From the NCBI GenBank assembly GCA_020426515.1, contig JAGQPW010000007.1:10908-74907 (forward strand): 64,000 bases of DNA, read 5' to 3'. How positions within the stretch are numbered: the stretch's first letter is position 1; each line of letters starts with the position of its first letter. The notes below the pieces were generated by a model that saw only the letters and a list, made by a program, of their open reading frames with translations, ran no database searches and was not told the origin of the DNA. This DNA is from Planctomycetaceae bacterium. Its GTDB lineage: Bacteria; Planctomycetota; Planctomycetia; Planctomycetales; Planctomycetaceae. This document shows, piece by piece, positions 25,968-35,760 of the stretch. Both the position numbers and the translations under genes were made by a program.

Positions 25968-27935
25968 ATGCTGAATCTGAATACAGCACTCTCCGCACTG
26001 CAGGCTCAGCAGCGCGCCATTCAGACAACGTCCAACAACATCGCCAACGCGACCTCCGAAGGGTATGTCCGCGAAACCACGGTGCTGTCTGAACGCAAGC
26101 CGCTGCAGTTGGCTGGCCAGTGGTACGGCAGCGGCGTCGAAGTCTCCTCTGTGCAGCGAATGATTGACCAGGGTGTCAACATCTCGCTTTCGCAGCAGAC
26201 ATCGCTGGGAGCCTCTGCGCAGGCCCAACTGGATATCGTCTCCCGCATTGAGTCGCTGCTGCAACCCGGCACTGGTTCTCTGGGAACGCTGGCGACGGAA
26301 CTGTTCAACGCGGCCAGTGAACTGGCTCAGCGTCCCACAGAGTCTGCGCTGGCCGATCAGTTTGTCTCCCTTGCGCAGGCATTTAGCGAGGAACTCAACC
26401 AGACATTCGACGGCCTTGCGCAACTCCAGTACGAACTCGCGACAGGTGTGTCTCAGTCGGTTGATTCGATCAACAGCACGACGCAGAAGCTCTCAGAGCT
26501 CAATGCCACCATCAAAATGAGTTCGACCTCCGGTTCTGTTCCCAATGCTCTGCTCAGTCAGCGTGAACTGCTGTTGAGTGAACTCGCGAAACAGGTGGAT
26601 GTTGACGGCAATGCACTGCTGTCGACCGACAGGCCCATTATCGCGGGCGGCGGAGGCGTGCTGGTCGGGCAATTGTCGACCACTTTAGGTGTGGAGACGG
26701 CCAGTGACGGAACCGTGCAAGTGGTCTCTCAATTTGGCAATGTGGTCCCTCGCAGTGGGCAGCTCGCCGGCCTGCTGACGGCGCAAAACCAGATCGCCTC
26801 GTATCGGGACCAGCTTCAAAGCTGGGCCAGTGAACTGGTGGGACTATTTGATCAGGTTCAGGCCACTGGCTTAGGCGGCCTGGGCCCGCAAGGCTCATTG
26901 ACATCCGAGCGAACAGTCACGGATGTCGACGCCCCACTGTCCAGCGCTGGCCTGGATTTTCCAATTCAGAATGGACAGCTCAGCCTGTCCGTGACGGATG
27001 TCGCCACTGGCGAACGTACAGTGCATCAGATCCTCGTCGACCCGGAAACAGACAGCCTGCGGGATCTCGCCACACAGCTTGATGCCGTGCCTGGCGTGCG
27101 CGCCATGGTCAATTCGCAAACGGGCAAGCTCAGCATTGTTTCGGATACCGGCTTCCTGATCGATTTCGCCAATCGCCTGCCGACGGTTCCCAATCTGGAT
27201 ATCTACACCGGAACCAGCATTCCAGATTTGCAGGGACAGTACACGGGAACCGAGAACCAGACCTGGCGGGCCGAAGTCATCGGCGGCGGCACCATCGGGC
27301 GCGATGCGTCCGTCGTGGTGCAGTTCACCAATGCGGCCACCGGAGATGTCATTTCAACAGTCAATCTCGGGGACACCTACGGTGTCAATTCGCCGATTCA
27401 AATTGCAAACGGCGTGTCGATCACATTCCCTCCGGGGAATCTCGTCGCAGGGGATGAGTTCTCGTTTGATGTCGTCGCCAATTCCGACACCTCGGGAGCC
27501 CTCACGGCACTGGGACTGGGCACCTTGTTCGCCGGGAGCCCCGGCCAGGGGCTGCAGGTCCGGTCCGACATCCTCAACGACTCCCGGAGACTTCAACTGG
27601 GCCTCTCCGGGACAACCGGGGACGGCACGGGATTTGCGAGGCTCGCCACCCTGAAGTCTGCTGATGGCACGCAGATTCTCAAATCGCGCATTGATGCAAC
27701 CATTGACCAGCTGGTCACGCAGACTGGAATTGATGTCCAGCGTCTCCAGATACGTCGAGAAGCCATTGGGCTACAGGAACAGGACCTGCAGTCGAGAAAA
27801 GACAGCGTCTCGGGAGTCGACCCCAATGAAGAGATGTTGAAGCTGCTCGAATACCAGCGCGGTTTCCAGGCGGCCTCGCGGCTGGTCACCACAATCAACG
27901 ACGCGTTCGACCAGCTGTTCCTGATTCTTCGCTAG
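25968..27935 (+). CDS. flgK: Flagellar hook-associated protein 1 FlgK
   Basis: MLNLNTALSALQAQQRAIQTTSNNIANATSEGYVRE; C-terminus EEMLKLLEYQRGFQAASRLVTTINDAFDQL. Confidence 0.9.
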   Translation: MLNLNTALSALQAQQRAIQTTSNNIANATSEGYVRETTVLSERKPLQLAGQWYGSGVEVSSVQRMIDQGVNISLSQQTSLGASAQAQLDIVSRIESLLQPGTGSLGTLATELFNAASELAQRPTESALADQFVSLAQAFSEELNQTFDGLAQLQYELATGVSQSVDSINSTTQKLSELNATIKMSSTSGSVPNALLSQRELLLSELAKQVDVDGNALLSTDRPIIAGGGGVLVGQLSTTLGVETASDGTVQVVSQFGNVVPRSGQLAGLLTAQNQIASYRDQLQSWASELVGLFDQVQATGLGGLGPQGSLTSERTVTDVDAPLSSAGLDFPIQNGQLSLSVTDVATGERTVHQILVDPETDSLRDLATQLDAVPGVRAMVNSQTGKLSIVSDTGFLIDFANRLPTVPNLDIYTGTSIPDLQGQYTGTENQTWRAEVIGGGTIGRDASVVVQFTNAATGDVISTVNLGDTYGVNSPIQIANGVSITFPPGNLVAGDEFSFDVVANSDTSGALTALGLGTLFAGSPGQGLQVRSDILNDSRRLQLGLSGTTGDGTGFARLATLKSADGTQILKSRIDATIDQLVTQTGIDVQRLQIRREAIGLQEQDLQSRKDSVSGVDPNEEMLKLLEYQRGFQAASRLVTTINDAFDQLFLILR

Positions 27936-27977
27936 TCGTTCATCCACCGGAAACACATTGACTGATCGCGGCTGACC

Positions 27978-29381
27978 ATGTACCGAACAACACCTCATCA
28001 GCAGTTGACTGCCTCGTTGCGATACACGCAGCAGCAGACCGCCCGGCTGCAGAATCTTCAGCTGCAGGTCTCGACCGGCATTAAGATCCATCGTCCATCG
28101 GACGACCCGGTCGCACAGCAACAGATCCTGCAGATCACACGAGCACAATCGGCGGCAACTTCCGAACTCAGCACGCTGCAGGGCATTGAATCAAACGCCA
28201 ACTCTGCACACACCGCCATCCGCGATGCCCAGCAGATTGTCGTGCAGGTTCGCAATCTGACACTGCAGGCCCGGCAGACCACCGATTCCGCCGAGCGGCA
28301 GACACTGGCCACGCAGGTGGACGGACTGTTGAGTCGACTGGTCGATATTGGCAACACCCGGACTGACCAGGGTTACATCTTTGGTGGCATGCAGGCCGAT
28401 CAGCCTCCGTTCCAACTGCTGGATTCGGGAAAGGTGCAGTATCAGGGGGGAACTCAGTCGCTGAATGGACTGGCCGCAGTACTCCCCACCGGCGCTTCGC
28501 TGTTCATGTTCGACCAGTCACCCACGCTAACCATTTCGTCGAACGGCACCGGTGCGCAAGTGGGAACGGGGATTTCCGTGGGCAGCGGCCGCAACGTGCT
28601 GGAAGTCACACACACCGCAACAACATTCACCGGAGCATCCGGTATTGCCGCTGGCAGCAGTTCCGTCGCTGAAGATACGGTGATCGGAGCGCACCAGCTG
28701 ACGATTGTGGACACCAGTGGCAATGGCACTGCCGGCACCATTTCACTCAATGGCGGCGAGCCCATTTCGTTTACTTCAGCTGATACCAATCTGCAGGTCA
28801 CTGGAGCGAACGGAGAGATCGTCTATGTGGACACGAGCAATATCACAGCCGGGTTCAACGGCACGATTGATCTCAACGGTGAAGGAACTCTCTCGCTCGA
28901 TGGCGGGCCGGCAACGCCGATCACTTTCGAATCCAATCAACAGCTGATCGATGCCAGCGGCAAGACGGTGCGCTATCTCGACACGACTGGTCTGGTAAGC
29001 GCGGGACAGGAAACGCTCGACCCGTCGGGAGGCACGGACCTGTTCACATCGCTGCAACTCCTGAAGGACGATCTGCTGGCCGATATTCCCGGCAGCGAGC
29101 GCGACACGCGTCTCAAGAACCGGTTGCTGGAATTCGAGGGGCTCAACGAACACATTCTGAGCAAGCTGGGCCAGCAATCGGCCGGCCTGGAACGCCTGCA
29201 GACACAGCAGACCCGTCTGGAAGATCTGCAACTGTCCCTGGCGGAACGACTGGGAGAGGTTCAAAACACCGATCTCACCGAGTCCGTGCTGCGACTGCAG
29301 GAAGCCCAATTGCAGGCCCAGTTCACGCTGTCCACGACAGCCAGCCTGCTGAGTCTGTCCATTCTCGACTACCTTGGCTAA
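27978..29381 (+). CDS. flgL: Flagellar hook-associated protein 3 FlgL
   Basis: LQNLQLQVSTGIKIHRPSDDPVAQQQIL; a flagellin-like C-terminus ESVLRLQEAQLQAQFTLSTTASLLSLSILDYL. Confidence 0.85.
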   Translation: MYRTTPHQQLTASLRYTQQQTARLQNLQLQVSTGIKIHRPSDDPVAQQQILQITRAQSAATSELSTLQGIESNANSAHTAIRDAQQIVVQVRNLTLQARQTTDSAERQTLATQVDGLLSRLVDIGNTRTDQGYIFGGMQADQPPFQLLDSGKVQYQGGTQSLNGLAAVLPTGASLFMFDQSPTLTISSNGTGAQVGTGISVGSGRNVLEVTHTATTFTGASGIAAGSSSVAEDTVIGAHQLTIVDTSGNGTAGTISLNGGEPISFTSADTNLQVTGANGEIVYVDTSNITAGFNGTIDLNGEGTLSLDGGPATPITFESNQQLIDASGKTVRYLDTTGLVSAGQETLDPSGGTDLFTSLQLLKDDLLADIPGSERDTRLKNRLLEFEGLNEHILSKLGQQSAGLERLQTQQTRLEDLQLSLAERLGEVQNTDLTESVLRLQEAQLQAQFTLSTTASLLSLSILDYLG

Positions 29382-29396
29382 GCGAAGTACTGCATC

Positions 29397-29732
29397 ATGC
29401 GTTACCGACTCGATGGCCCCTCCGGAGTTCCCCGTCCGTATTTCGTGGACAAAGTCGACGTCGACGATGTCCGAGAACTGCAGCGGATGCTGGCCGACCG
29501 GGGCATGAACTTCCAGATTCTGGCGGAGCGAATGGACGTCCATCCAGGCGTGGCAACCCACTTCCTGCGGCGAATCAACTCCGTCGGCTTCGGATCAGGC
29601 CGAAAAATCACATCATTGCGCCACGCCCTGGTGCTCATGGGGACAGCGGCCATTGATCGCGAACTGGATGCTCTGGCAAAACAACTGGAAGCCGAATCCG
29701 CCTCTTCCATGGCCCGAACAGCCGACCGATGA
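29397..29732 (+). CDS. Small protein resembling the N-terminal half of an HDOD domain
   Basis: 111 aa. HPGVATHFLRRINSVGFGSGRKITSLRHALVLMGTAAI parallels ELLRQVNSSLYGLRSKVTCVSKAIGMLGI in the HDOD-kinase at 30643-32544. Starts 15 nt after flgL. Confidence 0.5.
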   Translation: MRYRLDGPSGVPRPYFVDKVDVDDVRELQRMLADRGMNFQILAERMDVHPGVATHFLRRINSVGFGSGRKITSLRHALVLMGTAAIDRELDALAKQLEAESASSMARTADR

Positions 29733-29942
29733 ACGGTTTAGATTCGAACACGCGAACAGCACGTGATTTCCCGCAACAGACGGGGACATTCCGTAAACGG
29801 TGTAGCAATGCCTGAAAACTCCTGTTGCTGAAAATCGCCCGTCCGGGCTATACGTCCTCTCACAATCAGGGAGGATTGCCTGGACTGCACAGGGAGTGCC
29901 CTCAGGCCATCCGAGGTTGACGCTGTTTCTCGGAGAGTTGAC

Positions 29943-30602
29943 GTGACCACAGCCACCGAACGGAAGCGGATTGTTGTCTGTTGCGAAACCCCCCTCGACT
30001 GCCAGTCGCTGGCCTGGGGGCTGGAGTGCTTTTTGACGGAATGCGACATCAGTCATGCTGACTCCGCCGAAGAACTCCTGCGCCAATTGCGGCTGGACGA
30101 TCCCCAGCTCATTGTGCTTGATGAGCAAATGGCCCTGAAGGCTTCGCGGTCGTTGAGTGACCATGTCTCGGTACGGATGTCCGAATGTCGCCTCGCCGTC
30201 ATCTACGACGGATTGACACAGCGGCAGCTCGACTACGTGCTGCAGAACCGCGTCAGCGCCCTGCTTCGCCGGGACTGTTCACTCGCTGAATTCACGAAGT
30301 CGATCGAAGCAGCCTTGAATGGCGAATCACTGATTCCCGGCGAAGTCGCCCATCGCGTTCACGTCGGTCCACGGGGCTATCTGGAAGTCGCACAGGACCT
30401 GGGAGCCCACCTGACCGATCGCCAGCTGGACGTGCTGATTCGCATCGCCAAAGGCCTGTCGGTGAAACAGGTCGCGCAAGAATTACGAATCTCGACGAAA
30501 TCCGTCGAAAGCCACAAGTACCGGCTGATGAAGTCGCTGGAGATTGATGATCGCGTCGACCTGTGCCGCTGGGCCATTCGCGAGGGGCTGATTCGCGCCT
30601 AA
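29943..30602 (+). CDS. LuxR/NarL-family regulator with degenerate (pseudo-)receiver domain
   Basis: C-terminal HTH LTDRQLDVLIRIAKGLSVKQVAQELRISTKSVESHKYRLMKSL. The N-terminal receiver-like fold has Cys-Cys (IVVCCE) where the acidic pair normally sits. GTG start. Confidence 0.8.
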   Translation: MTTATERKRIVVCCETPLDCQSLAWGLECFLTECDISHADSAEELLRQLRLDDPQLIVLDEQMALKASRSLSDHVSVRMSECRLAVIYDGLTQRQLDYVLQNRVSALLRRDCSLAEFTKSIEAALNGESLIPGEVAHRVHVGPRGYLEVAQDLGAHLTDRQLDVLIRIAKGLSVKQVAQELRISTKSVESHKYRLMKSLEIDDRVDLCRWAIREGLIRA

Positions 30603-30642
30603 CCCCGGAGTCCCGACCGTTCATCGCGGAGCCTCTGCGGGA

Positions 30643-32544
30643 TCAGCCGGTCACAATCGTCTTGTCGACCAGTTCACCTGTCGGCTGCTGAGCACTGGCG
30701 ACCGGTGGTGCAACTTCAGCCTGCTTCCACCAGGCATTCGCCTGCTCCACATTCCATGGCGTTCGCAGGACACACGATTCCAAAGCGATGCCGATGTGAC
30801 CCGCCGAGGCTGGACGCCGCAGCGGGTCCTTCTCCAGGCACGACATGATCAACTGACACAACTCAGGTGAGACCGTGTCCCCCACAATGTCCTGCAGCGG
30901 AACCGGCGGACTTTCAATGTGCTGCTTGATGACTTCCAGCACCGTATGCCCATTGAATACCGGTCGACCCGCCAGCAGGTGATAGGCCGTGGCTCCCAGG
31001 GAATACAGGTCGCTGCGAGTATCGATCTGCGGCTGACTGAGGGCCGCTTCCGGAGACATGTACAAGGGTGTTCCGACAATGCTGCTGTGCTCGGCATCGT
31101 CCGGAGGCAGATGACCTTCCGTCACCTTCACCAGACCAAAATCGAGTACCGTGGCATGATCTCCGGCCCCCCACATATGGGAAACCATGATGTTATCGGG
31201 TTTGATATCGCGGTGAATCAATCCCGAAGCGTGAGCTTCGGCCAGTGAACTGCACACCTGCTGCAACAGTTTGGCAACGCGACCATCCGGCAGCGGACCA
31301 CTCATCTTGACCAGCGAATCCAGGGTGTAGCCGTCAATAAACTCCATGGCGTAGTAGAACAGATCGTCGGGTGTCATTCCGAAGTCGAACACCGAGATCG
31401 TGTGCGGGCTACGCAGCGTACTGGTGATCTGAACTTCCTGCTCAAAGCTCGCGATCGACTTTGCGGTCATGCGGTCAAGTCGCAAAATCTTGACGGCGGA
31501 TGGCCGTCGCATGTTGATGTGACGGGCCTTGTAGATTGCTCCCATGGAACTCTCGGCGAGCTGTTCCTGCAACACGTAGTTGCCGAACTGCCGCCCCGGC
31601 GCCACCTGATGGGATTGCCGCACTTCGATCTGATCGAGCATGGCCTCCTGAATTCGGACCGACAACGGAGTTGAGTTCTTCAGTGACGGAGAGAGATTCT
31701 GTACTTCCTTGTCGACTTTGCTTGCGATCTCCAGCAATCGAAACTCGGGCATCAGTCGCTGGAAGTCGACCAGGCGGGTCACGCCATCCGGAACCTGCTT
31801 CAGCGGATCCATCAGTAGTGACGTAATCGCACATGCCATCGCCAGATTGGGTTCCGCTGATGACATCAACAGATTCTCTGGCGATTCATGATGGTCAAGC
31901 ACGGCCAGCACGGTCTGCCGGTCAAATCCCCACTCCAGCAACGTTCGCGCTGCCAGTTCGGCGTGGGTCCAACCAAAACGCTCCCGTTCAAACTCAACCA
32001 GTCCTCCCTCATAGGGACAATCGAGATACTCCTGGTAGTCCGCCTCATGCTGAATGAGCAACGTGGGCAGCAGGACATCCTGCAGCATGGCGGCGGTGTA
32101 CGCTTCAGCCGCAGGCAGTCGCAGCAGAGAAGCAATCGTGCGTGAAAAGATGGCGCGCTCAATCGAATCCCGGCGAAAGACCTGAGCCCGCAACAGCGAC
32201 GATTCCACTTTCATCAGGGACTTGGTCAGAGCGCTCGTCAATACGATGGACGCACTGTATGCAATGCCCAGCATGCCAATCGCTTTGGACACGCAGGTCA
32301 CCTTGGAACGCAGACCATACAGACTGGAGTTCACCTGTCGCAGCAGTTCTGCGGTGATGCCCGGCTCCTGCCGTGCCGCTTCGCCGAGTTCCGTCAGGCT
32401 GACCATCGGTCGACGGCACAATTGCGTGAACTCAATGACCGAACGGCTCGGGAGGGGAATCAGGACATCCCCCTTCCACGAAATCCGTCGCAATGATTCC
32501 AGTCGTGCGTCCACGGGATTTACTGGCTCTTGGGAGGTAATCAT
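30643..32544 (-). CDS. HDOD domain - Ser/Thr protein kinase fusion
   Basis: N-terminal HDOD (EAARQEPGITAELLRQVNSSLYGLRSKVTCVSKAIGMLGI). C-terminal Hanks kinase (GAIYKARH...AVKIL, HRDIKPDNIMV, DFGLVK, GTPLYMSPE). Confidence 0.85.
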   Translation of the reverse strand: MITSQEPVNPVDARLESLRRISWKGDVLIPLPSRSVIEFTQLCRRPMVSLTELGEAARQEPGITAELLRQVNSSLYGLRSKVTCVSKAIGMLGIAYSASIVLTSALTKSLMKVESSLLRAQVFRRDSIERAIFSRTIASLLRLPAAEAYTAAMLQDVLLPTLLIQHEADYQEYLDCPYEGGLVEFERERFGWTHAELAARTLLEWGFDRQTVLAVLDHHESPENLLMSSAEPNLAMACAITSLLMDPLKQVPDGVTRLVDFQRLMPEFRLLEIASKVDKEVQNLSPSLKNSTPLSVRIQEAMLDQIEVRQSHQVAPGRQFGNYVLQEQLAESSMGAIYKARHINMRRPSAVKILRLDRMTAKSIASFEQEVQITSTLRSPHTISVFDFGMTPDDLFYYAMEFIDGYTLDSLVKMSGPLPDGRVAKLLQQVCSSLAEAHASGLIHRDIKPDNIMVSHMWGAGDHATVLDFGLVKVTEGHLPPDDAEHSSIVGTPLYMSPEAALSQPQIDTRSDLYSLGATAYHLLAGRPVFNGHTVLEVIKQHIESPPVPLQDIVGDTVSPELCQLIMSCLEKDPLRRPASAGHIGIALESCVLRTPWNVEQANAWWKQAEVAPPVASAQQPTGELVDKTIVTG

Positions 32545-33047
32545 GACAGATCCCCCCCTTTGTTTTCCGGATTTACAAACATGTCAATCTCCTGACTCAC
32601 CTGGGGGACCCGGGAGAAGTTACTGCATGAACAAGTGGCCACCGCCCAATGGCGATCTTCCCAGCAGCGCTCTGCCAGAGGACTCAGAGGGCGCAACCGG
32701 TCGACGAGGAGCGGCAAGGCTGTGGGCCAATCGAGTCCGGCGACAAAGGGCATTGTGAAGCACCACTGAAAACGGTTATGGGCTGATGTTCCTAAAAGAA
32801 AACATGCGCACGGCAGACAGGTCGGCTGCAGGATGCGAAAACGCACGGATTTTCCGCCATCACCGTTCCGGCGCTCACTTTTTGCGACATCAGCAGGTTG
32901 TCGCCAATAGCGCCGATTCTCCAATCCCAACGATTATGTCAGTGAAATCACGCAAAATGTGCGTGAAAGCACTGAAGCAAGGGGTTCTCTTGCGCGGGGA
33001 CGAGGTTCGACTGCGGAAGCTGTAACGATTATGCCGATTACTCCACC

Positions 33048-33401
33048 ATGCTGACCATTCACCCACAACTTGGCTCCCTGTTGCGTGCGGCAAACTACTC
33101 GTCGCTGCGCCATCAGGTACTCAGCCGCAACCTCGCGAACGTCAACACGCCGAACTATCAGCGTGAAGATGTGGAGATGGCTGAGCCGTCGCCGGCCTCC
33201 AGCGCAGGCCCGCAGGATCTGAGTACGTCGGGGCTGCGAATCGTGAAGGTGGACTCACCATCGATGCGTTCAGACGGCAACAACGTCGACATCGACGCGG
33301 AAATTGGGGCGATCCAGCAGAATGCGATGGCCTATCAGACCGTGACTCAACTGATGTCGAGCCACCTGGACTCGATGCGCCGCGCGATCCGGGGATCCTA
33401 A
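33048..33401 (+). CDS. flgB: Flagellar proximal rod protein FlgB
   Basis: LRHQVLSRNLANVNTPNYQREDVE...GNNVDIDAEIGAIQQNAMAYQTV. Confidence 0.9.
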   Translation: MLTIHPQLGSLLRAANYSSLRHQVLSRNLANVNTPNYQREDVEMAEPSPASSAGPQDLSTSGLRIVKVDSPSMRSDGNNVDIDAEIGAIQQNAMAYQTVTQLMSSHLDSMRRAIRGS

Positions 33402-33416
33402 AGGGGGGATTGAGTC

Positions 33417-33860
33417 ATGAATGTCTCAGGAATGTTTTCGACCACAGGCATCTCAGCCTCGGGGCTGGCTGCCGAGAAAATGCGGATGGAAATCGCCGCA
33501 AACAATATTGCCAATGCCCACAACACGATGACCGAAACTGGCGGTCCTTTCCGACGCCAGCAGGTGGTGTTTTCGGACGCCATGAACGGCGCCAGCGTGT
33601 CGGCCAACACAGGCTCTGAAGCCGTGATCAAGGGCGTTCAGGTGATGCAGATCACCTCCGACAACTCCGAGCTGCCAGAAATTTACGATCCCGGCCATCC
33701 ACACGCCGACAAGCGTGGTTTCGTGCGCATGCCCAATGTGGCGATTCCCGTTGAAATGGTGGACCTGATGACTGCCAGCCGTGCCTATGAGTCAAATCTC
33801 AAGGCACTTCAGACTTACCGCCAGATGGTGGAACAGTCGTTGTCCTTACTGCGAGGTTAA
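33417..33860 (+). CDS. flgC: Flagellar proximal rod protein FlgC
   Basis: ISASGLAAEKMRMEIAANNIANAHNT...VAIPVEMVDLMTASRAYESNLKALQ. Confidence 0.95.
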   Translation: MNVSGMFSTTGISASGLAAEKMRMEIAANNIANAHNTMTETGGPFRRQQVVFSDAMNGASVSANTGSEAVIKGVQVMQITSDNSELPEIYDPGHPHADKRGFVRMPNVAIPVEMVDLMTASRAYESNLKALQTYRQMVEQSLSLLRG

Positions 33861-34177
33861 TGGCCATGCAAATCCCGTTCGAATCCGTAGCTGGCCTGCG
33901 ATCGGACCCGAGCGCATTCCAGTTGCCGAAAGCCTCGGCAACGGAGCAGACGGGAAGCGTGCCGTTCAGCCAGGTGTTCCGAGACGCCATCGGCAATGTG
34001 AATGAGTCGCAGAACCTGGCGACACAGACCGTTGACCGCATGCTGGCCGGCGAAAATGTTGGCATCCAGGAAGTCTCGCTGCAAATCGCACAAGCTGATC
34101 TGTCCTTCCGCTTCCTGATGGAGGTACGTGACCGCGCCATCACCGCCTATCAGGAGGTCATGCGAACACAAATGTAG
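33860..34177 (+). CDS. fliE: Flagellar hook-basal body protein FliE
   Basis: FSQVFRDAIGNVNESQNLATQTVDRMLAGENVGIQEVSLQIAQADLSFRFLMEVRDRAITAYQEVMRTQM. Confidence 0.85.
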   Translation: MAMQIPFESVAGLRSDPSAFQLPKASATEQTGSVPFSQVFRDAIGNVNESQNLATQTVDRMLAGENVGIQEVSLQIAQADLSFRFLMEVRDRAITAYQEVMRTQM

Positions 34178-34201
34178 CGGACAACCCCGTCCGCCTGCTG
34201 A

Positions 34202-35749
34202 TTGCTCACGTCCCTATGGAATATCGTCGTGTCCACTCCTCAGATCAACAAGCTGCTTTCCATTTGGAACGGCTGGTCGTTTAACGAGAAATTGCAGTTC
34301 GGCACCGCCGCAATGGTGTGCGTGCTGGCGATTGGTGGCGTCGTGTACTGGTCCAGCCAACCCGACTACGTGCTGTTGGCAGACCGACTGGGACCCGTTG
34401 TGGCTCATGAAGCCGTCAGTGCACTCGAAGCCCAGAATATCAGCTACAAACTCAGCTTTTCGGGAACGTCAATCTCTGTTCCCAAGTCGGATATTGCCCG
34501 CGGTCGAATTGCGCTGCGCGACGTTCTCCCCACCGAGGGGGCCGTTGATGAAGGTGGAGGGATGAGCGATTTCTGGGCCGACCCTGCGTCGATCGAAGCC
34601 CGCAAGAATCGTGAACTGGAAACACGGCTGGCCCGTTCGATTGGCCAGTTTCGCTCCGTTCGAAGTGCCACTGTTCACATTACCCGGCCCAAAGCGAGCC
34701 CCTTTGTGCGCGGGGCCACCCCCACGAAAGCCAGCGTTGTCCTGGAGCTTCAAAGCGGAGGCGTTGAACAGTCTCTGGATGTCCGAGCCGTGGTTGCTCT
34801 CGTGGCCCACAGCGTCGAAGAGCTGGAACCAGAAAACGTGACGATCGTTGACACCAACGGTCAGCTCCTGTCGGCCGAAGGAAGCATCGAGGCCAATGTC
34901 GGCAGCCAGATTGAGTTCCGGAATCGTCTGGAAAGCGGGCTGGCCGCCAAGGCTCAGGGAATGCTCACGTCACTGCTGGGGCCAAACAAAGCCATGGTCC
35001 GCGTGACCGCTGACCTCGACTTCACCGAGACCGAGCGGAACCAGGTTACGTTTGACCCCGACATGAAGGTGAAGTCCTCCGAGACCATTCGCACGGAACA
35101 GTCGACGAACTCCTCCGGCGGCGCTTCCGGGGCAGCGGGAAGCGGGTCAAACATTGGTCGCGCACTTGCGGCCTCGACTGGCAATGGAATCAGTAAGTCG
35201 GAAGACATCGACACGAAATATGAAAACGCCAAGACCGTGGATGTCATTCGTGAAGCACCCGGAAAGATCAAACGGCTGACCGTCGCCGCTGTGGTCGAGC
35301 TTCCGGAGGCCGATGGCTCGGGAGCCGCACCAGCCATCACTCAGGCACAGATTGAAGGCATTATCAAGCAGGCCGTTGGATTTGATGATGCCCGTAAAGA
35401 CAAGATCGAAGTGCTGACCGGAAAACTCCAGTCCTATGCTGATGTGTTGCCAGCTCCCACGATGATGGACCAGCTGTTGCAGGCGGAACCCTTGATTCGT
35501 GCCGCGTCACTGGGCATGGCCTCGCTGTTCGCCCTGCTGCTGGGATTGATCCTGGTCCGACGCCTGAAGCCCGTGGTGATTGCATCCGGTCCAGAAACCG
35601 AACAGGTGGTCGGCCTGCAGTCCAAGCTGGAACGTCTGCAAACCGAGATTCGCAATGACCCCGAACGTGTTGCCGAGCTGATGGCCGAATGGCTGGATGA
35701 ACGTGGCGAGCAATACGGCGGAGATACTGCGAACTCGAGAGCTGCGTGA
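34202..35749 (+). CDS. fliF: Flagellar MS-ring protein FliF
   Basis: 515 aa with N- and C-terminal TM segments. Contains GPVVAHEAVSALEAQNISYKL and RLARSIGQFRSVRSATVHITRPK. TTG start is uncertain. Confidence 0.9.
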   Translation: MLTSLWNIVVSTPQINKLLSIWNGWSFNEKLQFGTAAMVCVLAIGGVVYWSSQPDYVLLADRLGPVVAHEAVSALEAQNISYKLSFSGTSISVPKSDIARGRIALRDVLPTEGAVDEGGGMSDFWADPASIEARKNRELETRLARSIGQFRSVRSATVHITRPKASPFVRGATPTKASVVLELQSGGVEQSLDVRAVVALVAHSVEELEPENVTIVDTNGQLLSAEGSIEANVGSQIEFRNRLESGLAAKAQGMLTSLLGPNKAMVRVTADLDFTETERNQVTFDPDMKVKSSETIRTEQSTNSSGGASGAAGSGSNIGRALAASTGNGISKSEDIDTKYENAKTVDVIREAPGKIKRLTVAAVVELPEADGSGAAPAITQAQIEGIIKQAVGFDDARKDKIEVLTGKLQSYADVLPAPTMMDQLLQAEPLIRAASLGMASLFALLLGLILVRRLKPVVIASGPETEQVVGLQSKLERLQTEIRNDPERVAELMAEWLDERGEQYGGDTANSRAA

Positions 35750-35760
35750 AGGAGATCCAC

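Noticed and set aside
32786-33025. 79-aa plus-strand ORF in the flgB upstream gap (and overlapping ORFs at 32541-32930 and 32222-32758)
   Set aside because: There are no recognisable motifs, the ORFs mutually overlap in different frames, and the composition is basic and low-complexity. The region is treated as non-coding.
33033-33040. Sigma-28 -10-like motifs: GCCGATTA (33033-33040, before flgB), GCCGATTT (2512-2519, before the TPR gene), and CCCGATTCC on the minus strand (2033-2041, before fliC)
   Set aside because: No TAAA-type -35 element is found at either the N15 or the N11 spacing in any of the three cases. The flgB copie is only 7 nt from the ATG. They are not called as promoters.
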